Assembly: GCA_002269645.1 (NCBI GenBank)
Contig: NIVC01003363.1
Location: 1 to 64,000 of the forward strand
DNA length: 64,000 nt
Direction of reading: 5' to 3'
DNA from: Macrostomum lignano
Lineage: Eukaryota
Below the pieces are notes generated by a model, which saw nothing but the letters and a program-made list of their open reading frames with translations, made no database searches and had not been told where the DNA came from. Every line of letters begins with the position of its first letter. Positions within the stretch are counted from its first letter, which is position 1. The position numbers and the translations under genes are program-made. This document shows, in pieces, positions 48,936-58,740 of this stretch.

Positions 48936-51900
48936 TTAATAATAAACGGGCGTTCCATAACGCTGCGGAACCCTTCGATCCCTCTGGGGTCGACCTTCGA
49001 TGACTTCAACTGGCGCTTCCGGCTGCGGCTGCACTCCTGGCTGCTGCACATCCATTGGTTCTCCCTCCTCTCGAACCCGCCCGGAATGTCGCCACCATCG
49101 CTCCTCATCCTCATCGTCCGATTCCTGCGAGTCCTCCCTGACGGATTCCGTCTCTTGAGCAGGACCTGGGTGGTACCTCCTTGGTGCAGGACGCCGAGGG
49201 CCACCGGTGCCGTCGACCGGGTACTTCCGGTACCGAGGCAGGAGGTTGTTAAAGTGCACCACCTTGATCGGCTTCCGTCGACCTTCCTGTCGAATCCTAT
49301 AGCGCGTCTCCGACAGCTTCTCGAGAACTACGGCAGGTCCGGTCCAGGGTGAGTGGAGCTTCGCTTTGGCACCGGCCTTCAACACGGGGTTGTAGACGAA
49401 CACCTCGTCGCCAGCCACGAATTCTCGACCCTTCACCTTCCGGTCGTACCAGTCTTTCTGCACTCGTTGATATGACGTTATTCTCTCACGCACCACCCGA
49501 TGGGCTTCCACGAGCGTCTCCCGCAGGTTCTGGACTTCCTCGCAGTACGGTTCGATGTCCAGTGGGCGCGCCACTCCCAAGTCAACTGGCAGAGACATCT
49601 CGCGACCATGCAGAAGGAAGAAGGGTGAGTAGCCGGTGCCGCGGTGCACACTGGAGCGATACGCCATGAGCGCCGGGGCAACGAATTCGTCCCACCGCCT
49701 CTGATCCGGCTCCTTCACCAGGTGCGCCCGGATCACTGCAGTCAGCGTCTTATTGAAGCTTTCCACTTGGCCGTTTCCAGAGGGGTGATAGGCGGTCGTA
49801 CGCGTCTTTCGGATATTCAGACTTTCGCACAGCTGGCCGATCAATTGCGACTCGAAATTGGCTCCCTGATCCGAGTGGATTGTTCCTGGGGCTCCGTAGT
49901 GACAGACCCACTCCTCGAGCATTGCCCTTGCACAGGTGCTGGCCGTCTGATCTGGCACCGGTACTGCCACTGGCCACTTACTGAACGCGTCCTGCATCGT
50001 CAGTATGTATTTGTTGCCTCGGACGCTGGTTGGCAGTGGTCCAATCAAATCCACCATCACTCTTTCAAACACATGGCTGCTGGGAATCGGCTCCAATGGG
50101 GCCTTCCGCCGCATCCCGGGCTTGCTCCGGTTACAGTCGTCACACCTTCGCACAAACTCCTCGACCTCTCGCTTCAAGCCGGGTCTCCAGAATCGGTTCC
50201 TGACTTTCTCCAGAGTCTTTGCTACGCCGAAGTGTCCACCTCCTGGTCCAGAGTGCAGCGTCTGCAGAGCGTCGGGGATCAATTTCTTCGGGAGAACAGC
50301 CCGCGGTGGGTGACGTCCCAGATCCTTGATGACGAGGGTGTTGTCCACAATTTCCAGCCGAGGCTTTTGTGCCCAGATGGCTCGGGTCGTTGGTGACGCA
50401 CCCCGAGGTGGCTCTTCGTTTGCTCGGCCGGCGTGCATCGACTGGTAAACTGGAGCGATGTCGTTGTCCACAGCTTGTGCTGCTGCCAGCTCATCTCGGC
50501 TGAGCAACCCGAGCAGCGTCGTTACCCTGACCCCGGGGAGGTCATCAGTCCGGCACGACGGGCAGTTATCCATTTCGGGATGTCGTCGCGTCGGCTTGCG
50601 TGACAGCGCGTCCGCATTCTGATGACGCGCCCCTGGCCGATGCTCCACTGCGAAGTCGAATGGCGCCAACCTCTCCATCCACCGAGCCAACTGGCCTTCC
50701 GGCTGCCTCATACTTCGGAGCCACTGCAGACTTGCGTGGTCGGTGCGCACCCGGAACCTCCGGCCAAGTAGATAGTACCGGAACCTCTCTGCGAATGTCA
50801 CCAGCGCCAGGAGCTCGATTCGTGTCGTGCAATAGTTGAATTCGGCCCCTTGCAGACGCCGACTCCCGTACGCAATAACCCGCTCTGACCCGTCTTCTTG
50901 TACCTGCGACAAGACTGCTCCGAGACCCTGTCGGGTACTTCCATCGGTATCCAAGATGAACTCACCAGCCGTGGGGTCGAAGTTCGGGTAGGCCATCACG
51001 CGGCAACCGGTCAATTCTTCTTTCAGCTTTTTGAAGGCCTCATCGTGTTCCTCTCTCCAACTGAACGGCTTGTCTTTCTTTGTCAGATCAAAAAGTGGTG
51101 CAGCGACTATCGAGAATTCTGGTATGAAGTTTCGGTAGTAACCAGCCAGACCCAGGAACGACTGAAGGTCTTTTGCATTTCTTGGAATGCTCCAGTCACG
51201 GACTTCCTTGATCTTCTCCGGGTCGACATCGATTCCGTCCTTTGACACGACGTGGCCAAGGAATTTGACCTCATCGGCCAGGAATCTGCACTTAGATGGC
51301 TTTAGCCTCAAGTTGGCTGCGCGCAGGCGCTGGAATACCGCCTCGAGATTCGTTAGATGCTCGCTGACAGTTCGGGACCAAATGATGATATCGTCGATGT
51401 AGACGAGCGCCATTTTCCACAGAAGGTCGTGTAGTACCATATTCATCAACCTTGTGAATGTCGCCGGCGCATTGGTCAATCCGAAGGGCAGCACCTTGAA
51501 CGCGAATTGCCCCCGATGCGGAATGACAAAAGCAGTCTTTTCTTGATCCTCCCTTTTGACCTTAACTTGCCAATAGCCGGAGCAAAGGTCGAGCGTCGAA
51601 AATACAGCCGCACCTCCGAGCGCTTCAAGTGCGTCATCGACACGCGGGATTGCTATGGCGTCCTTGACAGTTCGTTGATTCAACTCTCTGTAGTCGACAC
51701 ACAGTCGCAGTTCCCCATTCTTCTTACGGACACAGACCACTGGCGAACTCCACGGCGATTGGGTCGGTTCAATCATCTTCGTTGCCAAAAGCTCGTCGAT
51801 TTGTCGGTCGACTTCGCCGCGCCAATGTGGCGGTAGCCGTCGCGGAGGCTGTTTTACGGCTGTTCCGGTGGTCTCAATTTCATGCTGCACGATGTCCGTC

Positions 51901-52913
51901 GTCCCGAGGCGCGCTGTACTCTCTGCGAAAACATCTGCGTATCGATTCACCAATCTTAGGAAACTCGCTTTGTCTGCCCCCGTGAGCTGCTTGGAGCCGT
52001 GCTGGTTCAGTGCCGCCTCTGGGTCCCATGGATCGCAGCTGGGTCGTAAAACCGACGCTTGCTCTTCGATGCTGGCTACCAGAACCTCTTGAGCCGGATC
52101 TGATGGTCGAAACCAGCCGATGACAGCTCCCTTCCGCAGCCGCAGCTCGGAGTCCGTGACATTCGCGAAGTGAACTGGTAGGGTGTTGCCCTGCTGGATG
52201 AGGCAGACGCTCCTGGCTAGCATTGGTCTCTCATCGCTCTTCAGTTTTTCGTCTGGCTCGGCGACGCCGAGCACTCCGGAATTCTGTGTCGCTGTTCTCC
52301 GAATCCTGGCTGAGACGGTCCGTTCGTGATTGGCCGGAATGATCAAGTTTTCGTTCAGGTACAACCGGCAGACGACTGGTTTGTGCTTGGTCTCTCGGAT
52401 TGGCACACGTGAACCGTTCACGCGGAAAACTCCTCCGGCGAAATCGATTTGGCACCGGTGGCGGCGTAAGAAGTCGGTGCCTAGCAACAGTTCGTAGCCG
52501 ACCCCTTGGACCACCGCAATTGGCGTCTGTAAAGTTTCTGATCCGAACTGTAGGGGAAGCGACGCGCATCCTAACACATTCATGGGAGTTCCGTTCGCTG
52601 AGATCAGGTGGGTTTCCGAAGGGCTGAGTTCAACTCGAACCGACTTGCTCAACTGCCGCCAGGTCCTCTCGTTCACCAGCGACATGACCGAGCCCGAATC
52701 CAACAGACACGGCAACTCAATCTCGCCAATTTTTACCGACACGTAGATTGACACGGGATTAAAAGCTGTTGCAGGTTGATCTCTATCTCTTGAGCAGTCC
52801 GCCGGACATCCTGCTGCACGTCGCTCCGGGGCTGCATCTTCGTCTCGGGTTGGGGCCTCTACTGTCTCGGCGGAACTCCCTCGCCCCTGCGGAAGTTCCC
52901 CTTGCCGTTTCCC
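48936..52913 (-). CDS. pol: Pol polyprotein (PR-RT-RNaseH-INT), -1 frame to gag, open from the slippery site; no chromodomain
   Basis: LLDSGS, LCVDYRELN, PFGLTNAPATF, YIDD, ILDTDGS, H..GHFG..C..C, DLIGP, SDQG, HPSGNGQVE, GPY/F-like tail; no stops in 1272+ aa. Confidence 0.96.
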   Translation of the reverse strand, partial: GKRQGELPQGRGSSAETVEAPTRDEDAAPERRAAGCPADCSRDRDQPATAFNPVSIYVSVKIGEIELPCLLDSGSVMSLVNERTWRQLSKSVRVELSPSETHLISANGTPMNVLGCASLPLQFGSETLQTPIAVVQGVGYELLLGTDFLRRHRCQIDFAGGVFRVNGSRVPIRETKHKPVVCRLYLNENLIIPANHERTVSARIRRTATQNSGVLGVAEPDEKLKSDERPMLARSVCLIQQGNTLPVHFANVTDSELRLRKGAVIGWFRPSDPAQEVLVASIEEQASVLRPSCDPWDPEAALNQHGSKQLTGADKASFLRLVNRYADVFAESTARLGTTDIVQHEIETTGTAVKQPPRRLPPHWRGEVDRQIDELLATKMIEPTQSPWSSPVVCVRKKNGELRLCVDYRELNQRTVKDAIAIPRVDDALEALGGAAVFSTLDLCSGYWQVKVKREDQEKTAFVIPHRGQFAFKVLPFGLTNAPATFTRLMNMVLHDLLWKMALVYIDDIIIWSRTVSEHLTNLEAVFQRLRAANLRLKPSKCRFLADEVKFLGHVVSKDGIDVDPEKIKEVRDWSIPRNAKDLQSFLGLAGYYRNFIPEFSIVAAPLFDLTKKDKPFSWREEHDEAFKKLKEELTGCRVMAYPNFDPTAGEFILDTDGSTRQGLGAVLSQVQEDGSERVIAYGSRRLQGAEFNYCTTRIELLALVTFAERFRYYLLGRRFRVRTDHASLQWLRSMRQPEGQLARWMERLAPFDFAVEHRPGARHQNADALSRKPTRRHPEMDNCPSCRTDDLPGVRVTTLLGLLSRDELAAAQAVDNDIAPVYQSMHAGRANEEPPRGASPTTRAIWAQKPRLEIVDNTLVIKDLGRHPPRAVLPKKLIPDALQTLHSGPGGGHFGVAKTLEKVRNRFWRPGLKREVEEFVRRCDDCNRSKPGMRRKAPLEPIPSSHVFERVMVDLIGPLPTSVRGNKYILTMQDAFSKWPVAVPVPDQTASTCARAMLEEWVCHYGAPGTIHSDQGANFESQLIGQLCESLNIRKTRTTAYHPSGNGQVESFNKTLTAVIRAHLVKEPDQRRWDEFVAPALMAYRSSVHRGTGYSPFFLLHGREMSLPVDLGVARPLDIEPYCEEVQNLRETLVEAHRVVRERITSYQRVQKDWYDRKVKGREFVAGDEVFVYNPVLKAGAKAKLHSPWTGPAVVLEKLSETRYRIRQEGRRKPIKVVHFNNLLPRYRKYPVDGTGGPRRPAPRRYHPGPAQETESVREDSQESDDEDEERWWRHSGRVREEGEPMDVQQPGVQPQPEAPVEVIEGRPQRDRRVPQRYGTPVYY

Positions 52914-53839
52914 TGTTGCTGACGGGTTGGGCAGTTAGTCGCGATGTGCCCTGGCTTGTTGCAGAAGAAGCAGCGAATTCCTCCCGTTCGTCGAGGCTTC
53001 TGATGGTCGCCTTCGTCGGAGTCGGTCGGTCGAGCTGCGGCGCTGCTATGCGGTTCCGCTCTCAGCGACTCGAGCTGAACCACTTTGCCTTGAAGCTGCC
53101 TCACCAGTTTCTTCAACTCCTCGAGCTCTTTGTCCTTTTCTTGGGAGTAGGCTCCATCCTCCCGAGGCACAGATTCCGCCGCGCCGCTCACCACGAAGAC
53201 TCCTCGGTGGCCGCTGCCAGTTGCTCCAGCCGATCTCGGTCCCTTCGCCGCCTTGGACGCCGCCTCGAGCTGCCTCACCGCGCGTTGTGCTGCCACCAGA
53301 CCTTCGGGCTGCTGCAGGTAGAGCTTCTCTCGCTGGAGGTCGGAGAGTCTCACCCCTTGCATGAAGCGATCCTTCGCGAGGTCGTCCTGCAGCTCGGCAG
53401 TTGCCGCCGGGTAGGCACAGCGCACCAGTTCAAGGAGAGCATCTGCGTAGGCCTCCAACGACTCGCCATCCTTCTGATCTCGGGTTTTTAGCTCGACCTT
53501 GCTGTCCTGCTCTGTCCGGTACCGGGAGAAGCGAGCCTCCAACCGGGCGGTGAATCCCTCGTAGTCCAGCGGATCCACAGGATCGTCGGGTCCCGGCAGG
53601 TTCAGATTATCGACCGCAGCGTACGCCGTAGCGAGATCCAGCATGCTCATCAAGTGCTCGCGGCGATGCTCCTCGTCAATCTCGGCGGAGTCGCAATAAG
53701 CGTTGAAAGAGCGCAGCCAGAGTCGAAAATTCATGCTTGACGTGTACTTCACGGGCTTCGGGAGTCTCGGTGGCTGGGCTGGTCCATCCGCTCGCAGACG
53801 CTCGGCTAGCAGCCGAATCAGTTCGTCCACATTCGCCAT
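52859..53839 (-). CDS. gag: Retrotransposon Gag (326 aa) with CCHC zinc knuckle
   Basis: ATG 25 nt after the PBS; CFFCNKPGHIATNC knuckle; Q..GESLEAY..L capsid-like motif. Confidence 0.92.
   Translation of the reverse strand: MANVDELIRLLAERLRADGPAQPPRLPKPVKYTSSMNFRLWLRSFNAYCDSAEIDEEHRREHLMSMLDLATAYAAVDNLNLPGPDDPVDPLDYEGFTARLEARFSRYRTEQDSKVELKTRDQKDGESLEAYADALLELVRCAYPAATAELQDDLAKDRFMQGVRLSDLQREKLYLQQPEGLVAAQRAVRQLEAASKAAKGPRSAGATGSGHRGVFVVSGAAESVPREDGAYSQEKDKELEELKKLVRQLQGKVVQLESLRAEPHSSAAARPTDSDEGDHQKPRRTGGIRCFFCNKPGHIATNCPTRQQQGNGKGNFRRGEGVPPRQ
52874..52913 (-). promoter_or_regulatory. -1 ribosomal frameshift signal (G GGA AAC + 7-nt spacer + 9-bp stem, possible pseudoknot)
   Basis: Heptamer at 52913-52907 is in gag phase; pol is open in the -1 frame; stem GGAACTTCC/GGGAGTTCC; loop GGGGC can pair with a downstream GCCCC. 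Confidence 0.75.
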
Positions 53840-53863
53840 GACAGCTCACAAGCAAACTGAGCA

Positions 53864-53881
53864 GTCCCTGTTCGGGCGCCA
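53864..53881 (-). other. Primer binding site, tRNA-Lys(UUU)
   Basis: TGGCGCCCGAACAGGGAC, 1 nt after the 5' LTR; the canonical 18-nt tRNA-Lys3 PBS. Confidence 0.93.
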
Positions 53882-54371
53882 ATGTTGTATCCCCCTTCCT
53901 CGCTGGCACGGCCGGGTTGGGCGACGGGTAGCGGTGTCGGGGTTCGGGTACTAGACTGCCCAGGGCTTACGAGCTCGATCGGCGACCCCGAGGCGTACGG
54001 ACACTTCGGGGGGAGGTCAAGGTTGAGAAGTCGAGAGAGAGGGGAGGGGCGGCTGTGGGCGGGCGGCCACTCGACAGCCTGGTGAGTCAAGGAAGAGAGA
54101 GAGGGCTGCGGGCGGTCGGCCACTCGACAGCCTGGTGAGTCAAGGAAAAGAGAGAGGGCTGTGGGCGGGCGGCCACTCGACAGCCTGGTGAGTCAAGGAA
54201 GAGAGAGAGGGCTGCGGGCGGTCGGCCACTCGACAGCCTGGTGAGTCAAGGAAAAGAGAGAGTGAGAGAGAGAGAGAGATCAGGAGAGCGACCCCGAGGA
54301 ACACAGGCAATTGTCTCGACAGCTTACCGGGCCGGGTCGATTATAGCACTCATACACGGGAAGGCCGATCG

Positions 54372-54417
54372 ATTGCAATAAATTGAGTCTTCGCAGTAAG
54401 AGACCGTCTCTACGGTT
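54372..54417 (-). other. Spliced-leader-like 46-mer in the 5' LTR
   Basis: AACCGTAGAGACGGTCTCTTACTGCGAAGACTCAATTTATTGCAAT; resembles flatworm SL exons (AACCG start, AACCGT/ACGGT stem, ATTT.TTGCA end) but lacks the terminal ATG. Confidence 0.75.
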
Positions 54418-54435
54418 GATCGCTGGTCACGTTCG

Positions 54436-54444
54436 TTTATTTAT
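54436..54444 (-). promoter_or_regulatory. Overlapping TATA-like (ATAAATA) and poly(A) signal (AATAAA) of the LTR
   Basis: GATAAATAAAC starts ~27 nt upstream of the SL-like sequence; same motif at 46525-46533 in the 3' LTR. Confidence 0.55.
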
Positions 54445-55054
54445 CGCGGTGGGCGCAAATGGGCGCAGGCACGGTGAGAAAAGGGGCGGGGTCTGAGCGT
54501 CGCCTTAAATAACGAGTAAAAAGGGGCAGGGGCGCAAACAAGGGGGGGGAGAAAGGGCTTAAACAATGGAGCTGATTGACAGCTGATTGGCTGCGGCGAG
54601 GGGAGGGTGGAAGCGCGCACGGCCAGGGAGAGGGAGAGAGAGCAGAGGCCCAGCCAATCAGCACGGCTAGCCAAAGGGCTAAACAGCCAAGGCGAGAGAG
54701 AGAGAGAAAGAGAGCAGAGGCTCAGCCAAAGGGCTCATAGCTCCAGACTGGCTTGAGCCGGGGGGGGGGGGTAACAATAATCAACTACCAAAGTCAACAA
54801 CTATCAAAGTGCACTTGCACCAGGGGAGCACTGTGACACAGGTCACAACACATGAATATATACATGAGTATGAATACATTTATATAGGTATTTTAACTGC
54901 AATTTATCTAGTTTTCTTTCTTGTATTTTACCAGATTATGAAATTGGCAGGTTAGATTATAGCATAGCTGCATAGGCCTGTAATCCTTCATTTTTATTAT
55001 TTTATATTATTTTATAATATTTTATTATTTACTAGGAAACTATGAACTTTTTGG

Positions 55055-56603
55055 CAGTGTTGGGCAAGTTACTCAAAAAAAGTAACTTGCGTTACTGTAA
55101 CTTAAGTTACCAATTTTTAAAAAGTAACTTACGTTAGCCTAGTAACTTTAGACAAAAACCTGGTAACTTTTAAGTTACTGTCCGTTACTCACTTCCGTTA
55201 CCCATGTTATTAACAAAATTTTCTGCTTTTTTCACATTGCACATTTTTTCACATTGTTGTTACCGAAATTTGCCATTGGGCATTGGGATTAACCGATTAA
55301 CAGACAGAGACAGGAATTGGCGACACGATGTGAGGCAAGTAGAAGGACCAATGGGCAATGGCAATCAATAATTAAAATTATAAATGATAAAATAAACGAA
55401 TATCAAAAATTCAATAGAGTAAAATAAATAGAACTGTATAAAATGGTCTAGTGTACTGCACAAGGACGACTTAAGTAGAAGGACGGGAAACCTCGTTTCC
55501 TAGAAAAGTTCTGAAGGCACTTTTTCCCGAAAAAATACACTACGGAGATAGGAAGTTTTCATTTTTTCAGCACAAAAATTGTTATTGCGTTTGATAGGAG
55601 GCAGATCCAGTGTTCATCTTTTGATATGTTGTGCCTTTTTTATTGCTCTATCGATATTTTTAAAGCTTTTCGTTCAGAAAATTAGGATTCTATGTTAATT
55701 TTTTATTCTACGTATATTTCCTGTATCTAAAAATCACAAAAATGCATGACACAGCTCCAATATTTGGTTTTATGAACCTATTTTATCATCTCTGTTACAA
55801 ATATTTGCTACACAGTCGGGTAAGAATTATAAAAAAGACTCATGAAGCTAAAGAGCCGAGCCGTGGCATTCTAATGTATTTCAAGCACAAGACACGCGAA
55901 AATATACGTAGAATAAAAAATTAACATAGAATCCTAATTTTCTGAACGAAAAGCTTTATAAATATCGATAGAGCAATAAAAAAGGTACAACATATCAAAA
56001 GATGAACACTGGATCTGCCTCCTATCAAACGCAATAACAATTTTTGTGCTGAAAAAATGAAAACTTCCTATCTCCGTAGTGTATTTTTTCGGGAAAAAGT
56101 GCCTTCAAAACTTTTCTAAGAAACGAGGTTTCCCGTCCTTCTACTTAAGTCGTCCTTGGTACTGCAGTGCCAGTGGAGGGACTTGTGGAGGCTACAGATG
56201 AATTTCTTTCTTTGGTTTTTTGTTTGAATCAAACCTAGAAAATTTTTAGTAACGATCGAAAATGAAAGGCGAAAATATTTTACGGAAATTAACAAAGTAA
56301 AACATGTTTCAAGTATTTCTTCAATAATTAAGCGCAATACCATATGATACTATTACTTAATTTTGAATTTAGGAATGAAAAATGCAAAAACATGTGACAA
56401 CCGGCGTACTAGCTAAGAATTTCAGTTTTAAATTTAAATATGGCGATTGTTGAAAAGTAACTGTAACGGACTTCCGAAATTTGAGTAACTTACCGTTACT
56501 CCGTTACTAAAATAAAAAAGTAACTTGCGTAAGGAACGCTTTACGAAAAAGTAACTTGCGTTACCATTTGCAAGTTACTCGGTAACGGAAGTGCCCAACA
56601 CTG
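55055..56603. mobile_element. Non-autonomous hAT-like DNA transposon (1549 bp), right arm only
   Basis: 12-bp TIR CAGTGTTGGGCA; 8-bp TSD CTTTTTGG (55047-55054, 56604-56611); single copy of the site at 10135-10142 in the left arm; many subterminal GTAAC/GTTAC motifs; no ORF. Confidence 0.92.
55461..56158. mobile_element. Nested foldback MITE (698 bp) with ~260-bp TIRs, possibly P/Galileo-like
   Basis: CAAGGACGAC.. / ..GTCGTCCTTG termini, long near-perfect inverted arms (55461-~55719 vs ~55900-56158), 8-bp TSD GTACTGCA (55453-55460, 56159-56166). Confidence 0.88.
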
Positions 56604-58299
56604 CTTTTTGGATATAAGTACAGTCATAGGCCCAGACTATAAACTAGAACTAGAATTATAGTATATTTTTATTTTATTTGCCATGGGCATTTTAGGGGGG
56701 CTAGTCTTTTAAATAGAATTCTGACCAAATTAGCTATAATAAAAAAATCCTATAGGCCAATCTAGATATATCTGCCAAGGCATACATGCGCAACCTTGGG
56801 AATCACTTGGCCATTTCTATTGGCAATATACATAGGCCTATGCAAGTCACTATTGGCTAAGAGCGATTATATGACTAATTTATGCCAACAGGCTTTTATT
56901 ACCAACAAAAATATGCCAAAATTTGCCAAATCTGTCTACCCTATCCTTATACTCCTATTTTACTCTTTTAAAGGGTTCTTCTCTTAGTCCTAGATATTCC
57001 TGGGATCAGAGGGTCACAGCTTCTTAGCCTTATACTGCCCTGAGGCAATTTATTGCTCTAAGGCATTTTACTGCTCTGAGGCAATCTATTGCCCAATGGT
57101 GATCTACTGCTCTAAGGCAATTCTCACTTTTTAGCATATCTTAACTCTCCCAAATTGGGGCTTTTAATTCTTAATAATTGAAGAAGCCAAATAAAAAAAT
57201 ACGTATAGATTTAGTGAAAACTTAGCCATCAGCTAAGTTCTTGCAAGTTTGCAGGTTTGCAGGTCTCTGCAAGTTGCCTTCCTTGGCCCACTTGGGGCTT
57301 CTATTTATACTAGTTGACTGGTCTATTTAAAACAAATTTATTTGCAGAAAATTATTTTGTATCACAACATTAACACAAAGATATTTTAGCAGACATTTGA
57401 ATATTATATTTTCTAAGAAATGATAGGTTGTTATCATAGCAAAAATATACTAGAAGAATATACAGTATTATAGAAAAGTGCACTATCTCACTATTAAACT
57501 AATTCACTAGCCCATTTGTAGATGCTATCTACCAAATCTAATACTAATATATTAATATTTTTCTTATACAAACTTAAATATTTAAAATATTGGAGTTGCT
57601 TTTGTTTTATTCTTATATTTGTTAAAAATTTAAATGAATCCAATGATGAATTAAATAGCAAAAAATAACCTACTTTCCAAATACCAAATATGAATACCAA
57701 ATTTTTATTCCATCTCTACTATATGGTGTAGGTTTTAATTTCAGCTGTGACCTGATATAGAAAACCTGGCATGTCTCATTGGCATAGGTTGCTAAATGCT
57801 AAGTTGGCAAGCCAATTGCTATATAAGCTACTTAGGGCATTATTGATGTGGTGTCACAAAGATATTACTAATATATGCTTTAGTTTTTGCCTATTTTATA
57901 TGATGATTTCTAAATTTGCAATGAATAACTTCAATTACTTGTTGGCAACTTAGATAATCTATTCTTTGTTTTAATTGCAGCTTCTGAATTTGTTTTTTTT
58001 TAAATCACAATATCTTGAAAGCCAAAAACTCCTATAGTTGCAATATATGCTACATATAGTATACTTCTACCTTTTTGAATTTGCCAAAACATTAATTAAG
58101 TCACATAGACAACCATGACTTGCCAATGTGCATGCAAAATGTCAATTTGAATAAAAACTATTCTTTACAAATGAAAATATAAAAAACAGTAAATATACAT
58201 TGGAAAAGGGAAAATTATACATTTACAGAGAAATTGAGAAAACGATTGCCAGTTTGATTACAATTTAATGTTCTAGGACTCGAACCCCGGACCTTGCAG

Positions 58300-58740
58300 G
58301 CGGGCAAATCCGGCGCATCCTCGGGCTACATGTGCAGCCTGCCCGACGAGCTGCAGCAGAAGCTGAAGAAATTCCGACTGCGCAAGGAGAAAAATGTGGC
58401 CGCCATTGTGCTGAAAATCGACCGCGAGAAGATGGAGGTCTGCGTGGAGACCGAGGTTCAGGACTGCAGCATCGAGGACATTGTGGAGGAGCTGTCCGAG
58501 CACCAGCCGCGCTACCTGCTGCTGAGCTACGTGCACTCGTACCCTGACGGCCGGGTCACCTACCCGCTGATGTTCATCTTCAGCACCCCGCGTGACAGCA
58601 ACCCGGAGCTGCAGGTGCTGTACACCGGCACCATCAAGACCGTCATTGATGTGGTCGGCCTCACCAAGGTGTTCGAAATTCGCAGCACGGACGAACTGGA
58701 CGAGGAATGGCTGCAGCAGAAGCTGGAGTTCTACCGGTGA
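58300..58740 (+). CDS. GMF: Glia maturation factor, second copy
   Basis: Identical 146-aa translation to the left copy; differs by synonymous GCA/GCG and ATT/ATC. Confidence 0.93.
   Translation, partial: AGKSGASSGYMCSLPDELQQKLKKFRLRKEKNVAAIVLKIDREKMEVCVETEVQDCSIEDIVEELSEHQPRYLLLSYVHSYPDGRVTYPLMFIFSTPRDSNPELQVLYTGTIKTVIDVVGLTKVFEIRSTDELDEEWLQQKLEFYR

Larger units (their letters stand above)
45972..54850 (-). mobile_element. Full-length Ty3/Gypsy LTR retrotransposon (8.9 kb) with gag, pol and an extra J-domain ORF; right arm only
   Basis: TG..CA LTRs at 54850-53883 and 46936-45972, PBS, PPT, gag with CCHC knuckle, PR-RT-RH-INT order; absent from the left-arm site (~10340). Confidence 0.97.
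53883..54850 (-). repeat. 5' LTR (968 bp)
   Basis: TGTTG..CAACA termini; direct repeat of 45972-46936, with the 3-bp length difference explained by two G-runs (G8 vs G7, G12 vs G10). Confidence 0.96.

Noticed and set aside
49349-53954. Antisense and overlapping ORFs in gag/pol (e.g. 49644-50396, 52769-53491)
   Set aside because: GC-rich shadow frames with no recognisable motifs.
54250-54417. LTR as a functional SL RNA gene (trans-splicing donor)
   Set aside because: No ATG|GT donor at the end of the leader and no Sm-binding site seen downstream.
56111-56126. 15-mer TTTTCTAAGAAACGA shared by the foldback TIR and the 74-bp satellite
   Set aside because: An AT-rich match of this length is plausible by chance; the flanks do not align.
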